A stretch of DNA of 40,406 nucleotides from Oceanospirillales bacterium (GTDB taxonomy: Bacteria > Pseudomonadota > Gammaproteobacteria > Xanthomonadales > SZUA-36). Below, in pieces: positions 26,343 to 35,839 of this stretch (positions are counted from its first letter, which is position 1; every line of letters begins with the position of its first letter). Below the pieces are notes generated by a model, which was given only the letters and a program-made list of their open reading frames with translations, was not told where the DNA came from and did no database searches. Location of the stretch: assembly GCA_003232965.1 (NCBI GenBank), contig QIKG01000097.1, positions 1-40,406 of the forward strand, written 5' to 3'. The position numbers were made by a program, and so were the translations under genes.

Positions 26343-27764
26343 TTATTCTATGTCCTGAACGCATAAGTATATAATACGATTTCCGTTATTTACTTCGAGA
26401 GATTTTTTAATAGAAAAATATTTTTTCAAATGTTTTTCGAGCTCAACTCGACTGTAATCTTTATATTTATCTTCTTTATTTCGCAGCAAAGTAATCACTT
26501 TATCGTCTTTCCTAGATACATACTCTATAACAAGCTTTTTTGTTAATCCGGCTAACCACTCAATAAACTCTTCTAATGGAATATTTGCAGTCATAACCAC
26601 ATGATGCACAAGTGCCAAACACAAAACTAGATCAGGTTTACTCCGTGTTTGCAGGTCGCTACGCTCACGGTTCCGCCAGCCCCAATTTGGTGATGGGTCT
26701 GCAATGTTTTGGACTAGCGGTAAAATATTTGAAGGTTTATTTGGGTCAAGGTATAGCCTCTCAACTGCCACATGGTCAATATCGGTAGAAACAACCTGTT
26801 CGCATTCTGCAGCTGCTATTCTGGAAAACTGCCCTGTATTACAACCAATATCCCAAACAACATTTGGTTTTTCTGTCGTCACCGCATTTCGAATGAAGTT
26901 TTCTTTGAGTAAATGATCGCTATCTGAATAGTTATGAAATTGGGTGTAATCGCCCCATTCTGAGCCAGTAGCTTCCCACTTTAAATTCTTGATGAGTTTT
27001 TGTAACTTGCGCACATTTACTAAAATTAACTCACGATTGAAACCCGCCGATTTCAAACTTGAACGAACATTCTCTGTTGAACTGCCATGCCGTTGGTCCA
27101 TTCTGGATTGCAACCACACATGGCTCATTACACCTTTACGAAAACGATCACGTAAACTAAATAGTGAAGCCGCTGCCTGTACAGCCACACCATCTATAGA
27201 TGCTCGCATAAATGGTTGGAAGTTACAGCCTTTATAGGCTTGTAACAATAGCGGAAACAAAAACATTTCACAAAACTGTTTGTAACCTGTCCAGGGAGCA
27301 CCTTTTTGCAGAATTTCAAATGAAGGGATATCAATAAATACTGGTTTTGAATTAACAAACTGAATGTTATAAGGTGTTGCATCCTTTAATGTAAAGCCAT
27401 TACTTACAGCTCTTTCAACTAGCTGTAGTTGAAGAATGGCCGCAGACTTCAACATACTAAAGGTCCACTCGTACGGATAACTAATTACTGCAATTTGGTC
27501 ATGCTCAAGAAAACCAGCCCATAGCAACTTTATTTCTTCCGGTAATGGGTTCTCCTCCGGGGAAAGCTCCTTAGTTCCAATAATTTTATTAGCATCTATC
27601 AGCTTCTTATAAAAGCCCTTATTACTTAATTTTCTGTATGTTTCTAGGGCAGATTCACTTAATCCGCGAAATACACGACCCTGAAAATGATAGACGCGAC
27701 CATCCCGGTCACGAAATGAACCGGCATTTACTCTGGCCGATGTCGGCTCCTGATTATCCATCAT
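26343..27764 (-). CDS. class I SAM-dependent methyltransferase with a large conserved N-terminal domain
   Basis: The C-terminal half has SAM motif I, VWDIGCNTGQFSRIAA. The N-terminal half has FRDRDGRVYHFQGRVFR, ISYPYEWTFSMLK and LKDATPYNIQFVNSKPVFIDIPSFE. The start is set at ATG 27762-27764 (MMDNQEP); the track ORF extension to 27845 overlaps the upstream small gene. Confidence 0.8.
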   Translation of the reverse strand: MMDNQEPTSARVNAGSFRDRDGRVYHFQGRVFRGLSESALETYRKLSNKGFYKKLIDANKIIGTKELSPEENPLPEEIKLLWAGFLEHDQIAVISYPYEWTFSMLKSAAILQLQLVERAVSNGFTLKDATPYNIQFVNSKPVFIDIPSFEILQKGAPWTGYKQFCEMFLFPLLLQAYKGCNFQPFMRASIDGVAVQAAASLFSLRDRFRKGVMSHVWLQSRMDQRHGSSTENVRSSLKSAGFNRELILVNVRKLQKLIKNLKWEATGSEWGDYTQFHNYSDSDHLLKENFIRNAVTTEKPNVVWDIGCNTGQFSRIAAAECEQVVSTDIDHVAVERLYLDPNKPSNILPLVQNIADPSPNWGWRNRERSDLQTRSKPDLVLCLALVHHVVMTANIPLEEFIEWLAGLTKKLVIEYVSRKDDKVITLLRNKEDKYKDYSRVELEKHLKKYFSIKKSLEVNNGNRIIYLCVQDIE

Positions 27765-27960
27765 CGAGATCTTCTTGCTCTTCTTTTTGAGCAAAGCCCA
27801 GTGCTGCTCGTAAGCGATGCCAATACATTTTAATAATAACCCCAATTGCTGCTACACCACCGAGAATTACCTGAAGCAACACACTTCCGGTGCCAGGATC
27901 CAAATAGGCATAAGCATTAAGAGAAAATAACATTGTAAGAACAAAAACTAATAATTTCAT
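27754..27960 (-). CDS. small membrane protein (signal-like N-terminus, YLDPGTGS motif, one further hydrophobic span)
   Basis: MKLLVFVLTMLFSLNAYAYLDPGTGSVLLQVILGGVAAIGVIIKMYW.. with an acidic tail, EEQEDLDDG. Its stop overlaps the methyltransferase start by 11 nt (ATGATGGATAA). The start is chosen at ATG 27958-27960; the track uses GTG 28017. Confidence 0.5.
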   Translation of the reverse strand: MKLLVFVLTMLFSLNAYAYLDPGTGSVLLQVILGGVAAIGVIIKMYWHRLRAALGFAQKEEQEDLDDG

Positions 27961-28147
27961 ATATCCATCAAGCTCCACTGAATTAAAAAACGCGTATTTC
28001 ATTAACCATTTAATCACATATCATACCCGAATACCCGAATAACCATTAGTGCTGCTGCATAAAAGTCGCGAAAACTAGGGCCTTGCCACAGTTAAACTAA
28101 AAACAAACATAAGCTAACCTAACTCTTAATTTTTCGTGCCCATAGTG

Positions 28148-28876
28148 TTACATGAGCCCATCAAGCTCGGCTGCAGCCTTGTTTAGGGCTTTTGGCTCTA
28201 CCGGCCCAAGGTATAGTTTCATCATCTGTCGGTTTTCAGAATCAGGAATAACAGATAAGCCTGCTCCTACAACGGAGACCCCCGTATCAAATTTTAACGG
28301 CACACTCCGTTCAGACAGAATTAATGCAGCCCAAAATCGGCTACGAAAACCAAACCAGCCGGAGCTATTAAATTGAGTTTGTTCGGTGCTGTCTTTGCCA
28401 ATCGTTTCAATATCCGAATTATTAAATAGCAGATAACGCATCTGTTCAAGAAAATACCCGAAGCCACTAGTGTCTGGTGGTGTAAACGCCTCACCACCCT
28501 GAAGTTTTACTCGGGCTCCAGAGTTTGATGCTACAGAAATCACCCAACCTTGATCAGGTATTTCCCAGCGATGAATTTCACTACCTGCCACATCTCTAAA
28601 AGTGAGTATTGTTTTCGAATTAAGTCGCTCTCGCTCAACATCAAGCGGGCGTACCTCTGTTTTTTCAAACACAAACATGCCTACCGGCGCAGATAATTTG
28701 GCACGTTTCACATTCTTAGCCGTGCATTCAGGAAAACAGGCATTAACTTCCAACAAGTCGCCCTGGTCACTAAAGGCCAACGTCAAGGACCGAGTCTCAA
28801 CAGTAATATCAGCTGAAGCAGTGCCTGCAAGCAGTAAACCACTTAAAGAGAGTGCTTTTAGAATTCTATGTGGCAT
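28148..28876 (-). CDS. secreted protein resembling the periplasmic P1 domain of YidC (standalone, no insertase core)
   Basis: The signal peptide is MPHRILKALSLSGLLLAGTASA. ITVETRSLTLAFSDQGDLLEV, SSGWFGFRSRFWAALILSE and KLYLGPVEPKALNKAAAELD follow the order and spacing of YidC P1 landmarks (I.V.TD..., GGW....YF.sAliP, lY.GPK....L). This is recognised from memory only. Confidence 0.4.
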   Translation of the reverse strand: MPHRILKALSLSGLLLAGTASADITVETRSLTLAFSDQGDLLEVNACFPECTAKNVKRAKLSAPVGMFVFEKTEVRPLDVERERLNSKTILTFRDVAGSEIHRWEIPDQGWVISVASNSGARVKLQGGEAFTPPDTSGFGYFLEQMRYLLFNNSDIETIGKDSTEQTQFNSSGWFGFRSRFWAALILSERSVPLKFDTGVSVVGAGLSVIPDSENRQMMKLYLGPVEPKALNKAAAELDGLM

Positions 28877-29063
28877 TTATTCCCACCTTTCTTCAATATC
28901 AGCAGTGCCGATTGCAGATTATTCAGTAATTTGAGAACAACTCTAAATACACTTATTCCCTGCTTATCTATAATGATCAATTCTACCTAAATTCGACTAC
29001 AGTTCCATTCGTCACTACAATTACTTACAATTAACCCCAGCCAAACACGAGTTATGGATTTAA

Positions 29064-32000
29064 ATGCATCAAACGATGGTTGCTGTTGTTCTAAACACAC
29101 TGGACTGCCCATCTTTGGGCACGCTCAGCCGTGCCGAAGGGCTTTTAACTTCTCTTAACAGTATAATCAGCCAAGAAACCACCACTTTAATTGAAATTAT
29201 TATAGTTACAGCGCCGGATTCCACTGGTGAAGCACCTTATCAGAATATTTTGGAGAAAAACCCCTGGATTCCGTCCGTACGGTTTTTATATTGTACTTCA
29301 GACCAGCAGGCGCAGGCTGCCTACACCCAGAGTATTGCCGATTACTTTATATTTCTTTCTGTGGGTGATGAACTACTCCCCGGGGCTGTTAAGTTGTTGC
29401 TCGATCATATTACAGAATCAGAGCACCTCAGCTGTTATGGTGCCTGCCGTTGGTCTGATAATACAGCGTCTTGGTCACATCCATCCGTTGACCAGTTTTT
29501 TGAAATGCCCGCCGTTACCACTATAACGGAGCTTTTACAGGCCAGCACTCTTGCTAAGACCTCGCTAGGGTTATTGCACCGATCACTTTTGCAGGAAAAA
29601 ACAGACCAAACCTCTCCCAAAGCCATTATTGTTAAAGACTATATCTGTATTCGCCAAGCGCCGGGTGAAATCAGCTTCAGCCCCATATACCCCTACCCCA
29701 AGCCAATATACCAAAAGGCCATATTACCTGCGCAAATGCCTGTGAGTGAACTTACGACGAGGGAGGGTGGAAGGCGCTCTGCTGTCTGGCTATTTGGAGA
29801 GCGTGCCGGGGAAAGTGCAGAAGATAATGCCTGGGCCTTATTTAAATATTGTGTTGATAACTGCCCCTATATCGAAAGTTATTATGTTCTAAAACATGAA
29901 AAAGTAATTTCACCTGACCCCAAATATCAAAGCCGGATACTCATTAAAGGCAGCCCTGAATGGAGTAAACACATAGAGCGAGCAAGCCATATGTGCTTTA
30001 CTGATACGGCTGCCGATATTCTTGTATCGTCACTTGATGCTTTAAATTATAACGATGTTGATTTTATATATCTCACCCATGGCTATCTGGCATACAGCCC
30101 CGGGGTATACCAACGCGGGCATCCATATTTTAACCGGGTTATTTGTACCAGCGCGATGGATGTTGACGCTGCTTCACGGTTCTGGGGGTTTCCCAAATCC
30201 AGCTTTATCCAAACTGGCTTGCCGCGATGGGATAACTTAAGAGATAGCTCCGCCGGGCACAAAGAAATCTTAATCCTACCCACCTGGAGAAAAACATTTG
30301 ACTCATCCCACTGGAGTGCCAGCGAGGCCTTAGCTGAAGATGACATCCACAAATTTAAGACCAGCGCCTACTTTAAGCATTTTAATGCTCTTCTGAAATC
30401 TGCAGAATTGAATAAATTGCTACTCTCACATGATGCCCGGGTTACTTTTAAGTTGCATTTCCGGCTGGAAAAATACCTGCCTTTATTTGAGAAAACCGTT
30501 GATTCAAAGATTAGAATTTCTACCCGGGCAAACGATAACCGCAATATTAAAGCGCTGCTAGAAGATGCCAGCATGTTGATAACTGATTATTCCAGTGTAA
30601 TGTTTGATATGGGTCAAATGGAAAAGCCGGTTATTTGCTATCAGTTTGACAAGGCCGCTATGCTCGGCGAGCGTAAGATTGATGCCTTTGCGCTCGCCGA
30701 TACCCGAATGTTTACGGATATGTGTTCTACACAAGTGGCTGTAATTCATCAACTTGAAGAATATTTACTCTCCGGCTTTACCATTCCCGAACATAAATTA
30801 CGTCGACTCAACCACACCCTACCATTTCGCGACCGGGGAAATTGCAAGCGGGTGGTGAATAAAATCCAACAACTGCAAAATAAACCCGCTCACGGGAGCG
30901 CCAAAGTAGCAAAAATAATCAAACAGCCCGATATAACTTCTTATTTAAAACGACTGGATTGGGTTAAAACTGATGAATCAACAAAAATTGGGTATTTGCT
31001 GAACATCCCCATCTCAAAACCGACCGCACATATAGCCATAAACCCGGATAACTGGAAAAAAATTATCAGTGCCGGGGATATCGATATTTTGCTCATTGAG
31101 CCACACTTAAACGCCCGTAGCCAATGGGCACCTGTTTTCTTTAATGCTGGAGGTTTGTTAGCGTTTCTGCATGAAATCAGCGACTTTGCGCAACAACATG
31201 GGGTAGCAAGTGTTTTATTAGAGCCGCACTACCATCTGTTCTTTGATAACCTACTACCCTTAAACGACCACTTTGACCACTATGTGCCATTAGCTACCGC
31301 TACGGATATATCACCTGCCTATAGTATCTCTGTGATTATCCCTGCCTATAATTGTGAACACTATATTAGTCATTGTATAGATTCTATTCTCAGGCAAAGC
31401 TACACCGGTAGTGTAGAGTTGGTTATTGTTGATGATGGCAGCACAGACACCACCTGGGATGTTATTACAAGTTATTCCCACGTACATTCCAATGTAACAG
31501 CTATCAGGCAATATAACGCTAAACAGGGAATGGCCCGGAACCGGGGGCTTGATGCGGCTAGGGGTCAATTTGTCACCTTTGTAGATGCCGATGATCTTCT
31601 ACCGGTCAATTGTCTTGCTGATTTGTTCCATGAAATCAGTTTATCGGGTGCCGATATTTCCATTGGGCTTGTCGCTTCTACAGACGAAAAGGGAAACACA
31701 CAGCAAATAAACCAGTCTTACTACCATTATTCAAAAGCGCCGCGGAGTTTTACTCCGGCAAGCTGGCCACATGTTTTTTACGACCCCAGTTGTGTCGGCA
31801 AGCTAATTTCAAGACGCTTTCTGCTTGAACACAAGATATATTTCCCACAGAGCTATCATGAAGATCAGGTTTTCAATTTCAAACTGTTTACCAGTGCCAC
31901 AACAATTTGTAAAACAAATGCAGTGGTGTATCTGTATATTGCCAGACCAGCGGCTAGTCCGGCACTTTCGGGAACACAAACATTTACGGCTGAAAAATTC

Positions 32001-32783
32001 CGGCAAATACTCATCGCCGCGCAGTTGGCCATATCAATTCTGGATACATCGGGCCTGCCGAGGCGAGTTAAAAACCGTGCCCTTGGGTTTTTAGTCCTTC
32101 GCTACGACAGGTTTCTCTGGAAACAACAATCCATACCAACAAACAAAGAAGCTTCAGAAGTACAGCTACAGGCTTTTGATTTGCTGGCTGCTTTGCTCAA
32201 GAGGGTACCGGATGAAACTATCTGGAAACAAGCAAAACACCTTCCATTGGCCTTGCTGCTGCTTAAAAGGCAGCAATTTCCGCTGGTTGCCCAAGCTTTG
32301 AAAGGCAACAAGAGTGCGTCCATCGAGTATTTATACCGCGAAGGCACGATTCCTGAAAAAATTCTGGGCTTATTAAAAGCCGGTGGCCGGCTAAGTACTC
32401 GCTACAATTACTACAAAGCAATGCCATTGCTTAGCGAGAAGAGTACAATTATCACTCAAATGGATTATGGCTATAGACTTGGATCCATTTTTGTTGATAT
32501 TTTAAAACGGCCCATCTTAATATTTCTTCTGCCTTTTCGCTTGATACTGCTGGCTTTTGATATGCTTAGCAAAAGAGGTCGCGAGAAACAAAATAAACTT
32601 GAGAAGGAAATAATTAATAACCATAATCAACAGCAGCTCATTGAGCGTTCTATGATTTTAGAAAAATCAGCGGCGCATCGCCTTGGTGTGGCAATACTTG
32701 AGACATTTTCAATATCACCCGGTAAAATTATTAAACTACCCGGTAAAATCAAACAAATATATATACAAACTCGCTCACTCTAG
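29064..32783 (+). CDS. 1239-aa multidomain polymerase-like enzyme: degenerate GT2-like N-domain, TagB/TagF-type CDP-glycerol glycerophosphotransferase domain, canonical GT2 domain, C-terminal hydrophobic/amphipathic tail
   Basis: TagF-type motifs: WLFGERAGESAEDNAWALFKYC, ILILPTWR (about 30272-30290) and MLITDYSSVMFDM (about 30575-30610). GT2 motifs: ISVIIPAYNCEHYISHCIDSILRQSY..VELVIVDDGSTDTT..VTFVDADDLL (from about 31321). The tail has ILIFLLPFRLILLAFDML and AAHRLGVAILETFSISPGKIIKLP. Confidence 0.8.
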   Translation: MHQTMVAVVLNTLDCPSLGTLSRAEGLLTSLNSIISQETTTLIEIIIVTAPDSTGEAPYQNILEKNPWIPSVRFLYCTSDQQAQAAYTQSIADYFIFLSVGDELLPGAVKLLLDHITESEHLSCYGACRWSDNTASWSHPSVDQFFEMPAVTTITELLQASTLAKTSLGLLHRSLLQEKTDQTSPKAIIVKDYICIRQAPGEISFSPIYPYPKPIYQKAILPAQMPVSELTTREGGRRSAVWLFGERAGESAEDNAWALFKYCVDNCPYIESYYVLKHEKVISPDPKYQSRILIKGSPEWSKHIERASHMCFTDTAADILVSSLDALNYNDVDFIYLTHGYLAYSPGVYQRGHPYFNRVICTSAMDVDAASRFWGFPKSSFIQTGLPRWDNLRDSSAGHKEILILPTWRKTFDSSHWSASEALAEDDIHKFKTSAYFKHFNALLKSAELNKLLLSHDARVTFKLHFRLEKYLPLFEKTVDSKIRISTRANDNRNIKALLEDASMLITDYSSVMFDMGQMEKPVICYQFDKAAMLGERKIDAFALADTRMFTDMCSTQVAVIHQLEEYLLSGFTIPEHKLRRLNHTLPFRDRGNCKRVVNKIQQLQNKPAHGSAKVAKIIKQPDITSYLKRLDWVKTDESTKIGYLLNIPISKPTAHIAINPDNWKKIISAGDIDILLIEPHLNARSQWAPVFFNAGGLLAFLHEISDFAQQHGVASVLLEPHYHLFFDNLLPLNDHFDHYVPLATATDISPAYSISVIIPAYNCEHYISHCIDSILRQSYTGSVELVIVDDGSTDTTWDVITSYSHVHSNVTAIRQYNAKQGMARNRGLDAARGQFVTFVDADDLLPVNCLADLFHEISLSGADISIGLVASTDEKGNTQQINQSYYHYSKAPRSFTPASWPHVFYDPSCVGKLISRRFLLEHKIYFPQSYHEDQVFNFKLFTSATTICKTNAVVYLYIARPAASPALSGTQTFTAEKFRQILIAAQLAISILDTSGLPRRVKNRALGFLVLRYDRFLWKQQSIPTNKEASEVQLQAFDLLAALLKRVPDETIWKQAKHLPLALLLLKRQQFPLVAQALKGNKSASIEYLYREGTIPEKILGLLKAGGRLSTRYNYYKAMPLLSEKSTIITQMDYGYRLGSIFVDILKRPILIFLLPFRLILLAFDMLSKRGREKQNKLEKEIINNHNQQQLIERSMILEKSAAHRLGVAILETFSISPGKIIKLPGKIKQIYIQTRSL

Positions 32784-32795
32784 GCCTCCGTCATT

Positions 32796-33494
32796 ATGAT
32801 TCTCAGAAACAATACGAAGTTTGTACTAGTTGGCCTTGGTCGTTGCGGTTCAAATCTTTTGAAATTTGGTCTCAGGCAAAACGCCCAAATTTTTATGGCC
32901 GGGGAATATTTCAACAAACATAGCCACCCCGAATCCCTTCAGCAGGATGGCAAAGCCAGGGCCCAAGCCTTTTTTGAAGGCAGCCGGCGAAATAGCGTAC
33001 GGGCCGTCGGATTCAAGATATTTCTACATCATGGTCGCAAACATGGTGTTAATACCGTTTGGAAGTATTTACGGAAAAATAGAGAAATAAAAATACTTCA
33101 TTTATCCCGGGAGAACACATTTAAGCGGTTATTAAGTCTGGAAGTCGCAAATGTTCGCGGCCAGTGGCTGAATGATGGCCTTGGTACTGATGATATCGTT
33201 ATCACACATTCCAATGAGTGGTGGCAAGAAAAAATAGAGAGCGATTTAAAAAAAGAAAGTGCACTGACAAAAACTTTCCACAAGCATGACCGCCTTCACA
33301 TAAGCTATGAAAACCTGATCCAGGACTGGGATCAGCTGACTACCGACATCCAGAGTTTTGTTGGTGCTCAAGCCACTTCTGTCGAAAAGTCATTACGCAA
33401 GCAAGAATATATGCCGCTTTCACAAAGGTGCCCGAACCTAGCAGAATTACAAACTTTTTTCCAAAACAGTCCTTATCGCTGGATGTTTGAATAA
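32796..33494 (+). CDS. sulfotransferase (NodH/Stf0-like)
   Basis: FVLVGLGRCGSNLLKF is a P-loop-like 5'-PSB motif and KILHLSRENTFKRLLSLEVA is 3'-PB-like. Size (232 aa) and pattern fit NodH/Stf0-type enzymes (from memory). Confidence 0.6.
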   Translation: MILRNNTKFVLVGLGRCGSNLLKFGLRQNAQIFMAGEYFNKHSHPESLQQDGKARAQAFFEGSRRNSVRAVGFKIFLHHGRKHGVNTVWKYLRKNREIKILHLSRENTFKRLLSLEVANVRGQWLNDGLGTDDIVITHSNEWWQEKIESDLKKESALTKTFHKHDRLHISYENLIQDWDQLTTDIQSFVGAQATSVEKSLRKQEYMPLSQRCPNLAELQTFFQNSPYRWMFE

Positions 33495-34405
33495 TGTTAA
33501 ATATCGCCATTATCATTTTAAACTGGGAAAATTCGCCCGCTACACTCGAATGTGCACGCTCTGTACTAGATGATATGGATTTGAGTTCTGAGCATGTCCA
33601 TAGTCATTTGTGGATAGTTGATAATGGCTCAAGCGACCAATCTGCTGATGTTATAAAAAACTGGGTTAATACTAATGTGGCTGATAACCTTGTTACAGTG
33701 ATTGAAAACCCTGAAAATGCTGGTTTTTCTGCAGGTATGAATAAAGGCATTTTTGCTGCTGCTAAAAACGCCCAAGTTGATTATTTTTGGTTGCTTAATA
33801 ACGACCTTACAGTTGAAACAGGCTCGCTAATACAGCTTTCTCAAGCTATTATGAAAGACCCCGCTGTGGCAATATGGGGCCCTACGGTAATCGATGCCGC
33901 AACCTTCAAAGTGCAGTGTGCTGGCGGCTGTATTTACTATCGCTGGCTGGGTAAGGAAAAGCGTGCATTCGCCGGACTGAGGACAAACCAACTGCCACAT
34001 ATAGAGCCACCTGCACTGGACTATATTTATGGTGCGGCTATGTTAATAAAAAAGGAGCTTTTAGATCGACTGCACGGATTAAACGAAGACTATTTTCTCT
34101 ATTACGAAGAACTGGACCTCGTAGAGCACTTAAACACTAGTGAAACACTGGGGTGGTGCCAGGATGCCAGAGTGGTACACCAAGGTGGCGATTCTTCCCC
34201 CGACAAGAGAGCTAAGGTATTTGCCGCCTACCACGCCGCTTTAAGTGCATTCAAATATACCTGGCGCTACCACCCATTGTGCTTGCCATCCGTCATTCTA
34301 TTTCGCGTCTTTGGTCTGCCGCTGTTCGCCTTGAGGTATAAGAACCCAAGGCTGGCGCTGGCACCCTTCCGGGCACTACGGGACTTTTTACGGCCGGCTG
34401 CATAA
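33494..34405 (+). CDS. glycosyltransferase family 2
   Basis: IAIIILNWENSPATLECARSV, WIVDNGSSDQS and FWLLNNDLTVE fit the GT2 rhamnosyltransferase-like architecture. The start overlaps the upstream stop (TAATG). Confidence 0.8.
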   Translation: MLNIAIIILNWENSPATLECARSVLDDMDLSSEHVHSHLWIVDNGSSDQSADVIKNWVNTNVADNLVTVIENPENAGFSAGMNKGIFAAAKNAQVDYFWLLNNDLTVETGSLIQLSQAIMKDPAVAIWGPTVIDAATFKVQCAGGCIYYRWLGKEKRAFAGLRTNQLPHIEPPALDYIYGAAMLIKKELLDRLHGLNEDYFLYYEELDLVEHLNTSETLGWCQDARVVHQGGDSSPDKRAKVFAAYHAALSAFKYTWRYHPLCLPSVILFRVFGLPLFALRYKNPRLALAPFRALRDFLRPAA

Positions 34406-34408
34406 GCT

Positions 34409-35425
34409 TTACGGTTCTGGCTCAGCACCTCCACCACAGTGGAGAAATACCAAGTGCACATAAAGCACCCATCGCAAAACACCTTTGCGTAAGCCAAGCT
34501 GATGCGCTGTTTTAATTCTCTTATATGGACTTATTTCAGCTAAGTTCGCATACTTTTCAAGATAACCCAAAAGCTCAGGACTTTGAATATTCCGCAGTTT
34601 TAGACGAGTTGTGAGTTCCTTAGCCTGGTTAATGGTCTGACATAGCTCGTTCGACCCTTTTGTCCATGAACTTGCCCACTGTTTGTAATTTATTAGCAAG
34701 CGCCCAATGGAAGTAACACCTATTGTATTACCCGTGTGCTGCCTGTATTTAATCAGCTTTTCATCTATAAAAATCAATTTTCCACAAGCGGCAGCGGTTA
34801 AAGCCAACCACCAGTCATGCATAAGCGCTGTCTCAGGTATTGGGCTGGCAAGCTCTGCTAATTTCCTGTTTATTGCCATGCAGCACCCGGGGATATGATT
34901 GAGGCTTAATAAGCTATTCAGTTTAGTATTACCCCCTTCATTTAAACCCCTTTGAAAAGAGTAAGCCGTTTCAACAGGTTGCAGCTCCGAGTCAGTTAAT
35001 TCAATATTGCTGTAGATCAAACATGGACCATTTTCGGCAGCAAATTTATCATAAAATTGTTGGGTTTTAGTCGGCTCCCAATAGTCATCTTGATCGCTAA
35101 ACATAATCAATTGCGCCTTGGTTTCCAGGGCATGAACCAATAAACGAGCAAAACTTGCTCGGGGGCCTGTATTTACTGAATTAACAGACTCAATATGTTT
35201 AATTCGAGGGTCGGCGTGGCAATATTTATCAATTAGTGTCGTTGTCGTATCAACAGAGCCATCATCACGAATCAAAAGCAGCCATTGCTTGAAGGTTTGT
35301 GCCTGGATACTTTCTATTTGGCAGGCTAAATATTCGGCACCATTATAAGTGGATAGTAAAATACAAACCTCAGCCCTACCCATAGTTTTAGCAGGAACTT
35401 TAGGGATTTGTGGGTTGGCTGTCAT
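34409..35425 (-). CDS. glycosyltransferase family 2
   Basis: Motifs VCILLSTYNGAEYLACQIESIQAQTFKQWLLLIRDDGSVDTT and FSDQDDYW (DxD). An alternative start is at Met15 (35383). It is convergent with the preceding GT2, with only a 3-nt gap. Confidence 0.8.
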   Translation of the reverse strand: MTANPQIPKVPAKTMGRAEVCILLSTYNGAEYLACQIESIQAQTFKQWLLLIRDDGSVDTTTTLIDKYCHADPRIKHIESVNSVNTGPRASFARLLVHALETKAQLIMFSDQDDYWEPTKTQQFYDKFAAENGPCLIYSNIELTDSELQPVETAYSFQRGLNEGGNTKLNSLLSLNHIPGCCMAINRKLAELASPIPETALMHDWWLALTAAACGKLIFIDEKLIKYRQHTGNTIGVTSIGRLLINYKQWASSWTKGSNELCQTINQAKELTTRLKLRNIQSPELLGYLEKYANLAEISPYKRIKTAHQLGLRKGVLRWVLYVHLVFLHCGGGAEPEP

Positions 35426-35839
35426 AGTTTAAGAGTCATCTGTGGCTGGCCTATATTTGGCATATATTTAAGTTATTAAAAACCATTGTTTATTAGTCAT
35501 AACCCCGACTTTTTCAGAAACCTCTATCCTGAGCATTTTACATCGTTCCTTCCGGAAGCGACAGCCAGGATTTTCAGGGCTGTACCCCATTCATAGGTCA
35601 CCTCTCACTTTTACTTTGGTGGTAAAAAAATCGAAAGGATAAACCATGGCCTGCTTCTAATACAGTCTCAGACCAAATTACAGAAAAGAATGTTACGCTA
35701 CCCGCCGGAATTGATGTATGCTGGTTCAGCTGACCTGAAAAGGGCGGCATAACTGATGGAAAACAATTCCTAAGCAACCTGTCCTAAATATGGGGGTGCA
35801 GCTCTGCTAATAGCATTAATAATAAACACTATAAATTAT

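Noticed and set aside
28023-28038. Tandem ATACCCGA x2, plus a partial third copy.
   Set aside because: It is too short to distinguish from chance and has no obvious positional meaning.
35426-35839. A 415-nt non-coding spacer between divergent genes, with a somewhat GC-richer middle and a CTTCCGGAAG palindrome. It was examined in all six frames for a gene relic or RNA gene.
   Set aside because: No recognisable protein fragment, tRNA-like or riboswitch-like structure was found. It is most simply a divergent promoter region.
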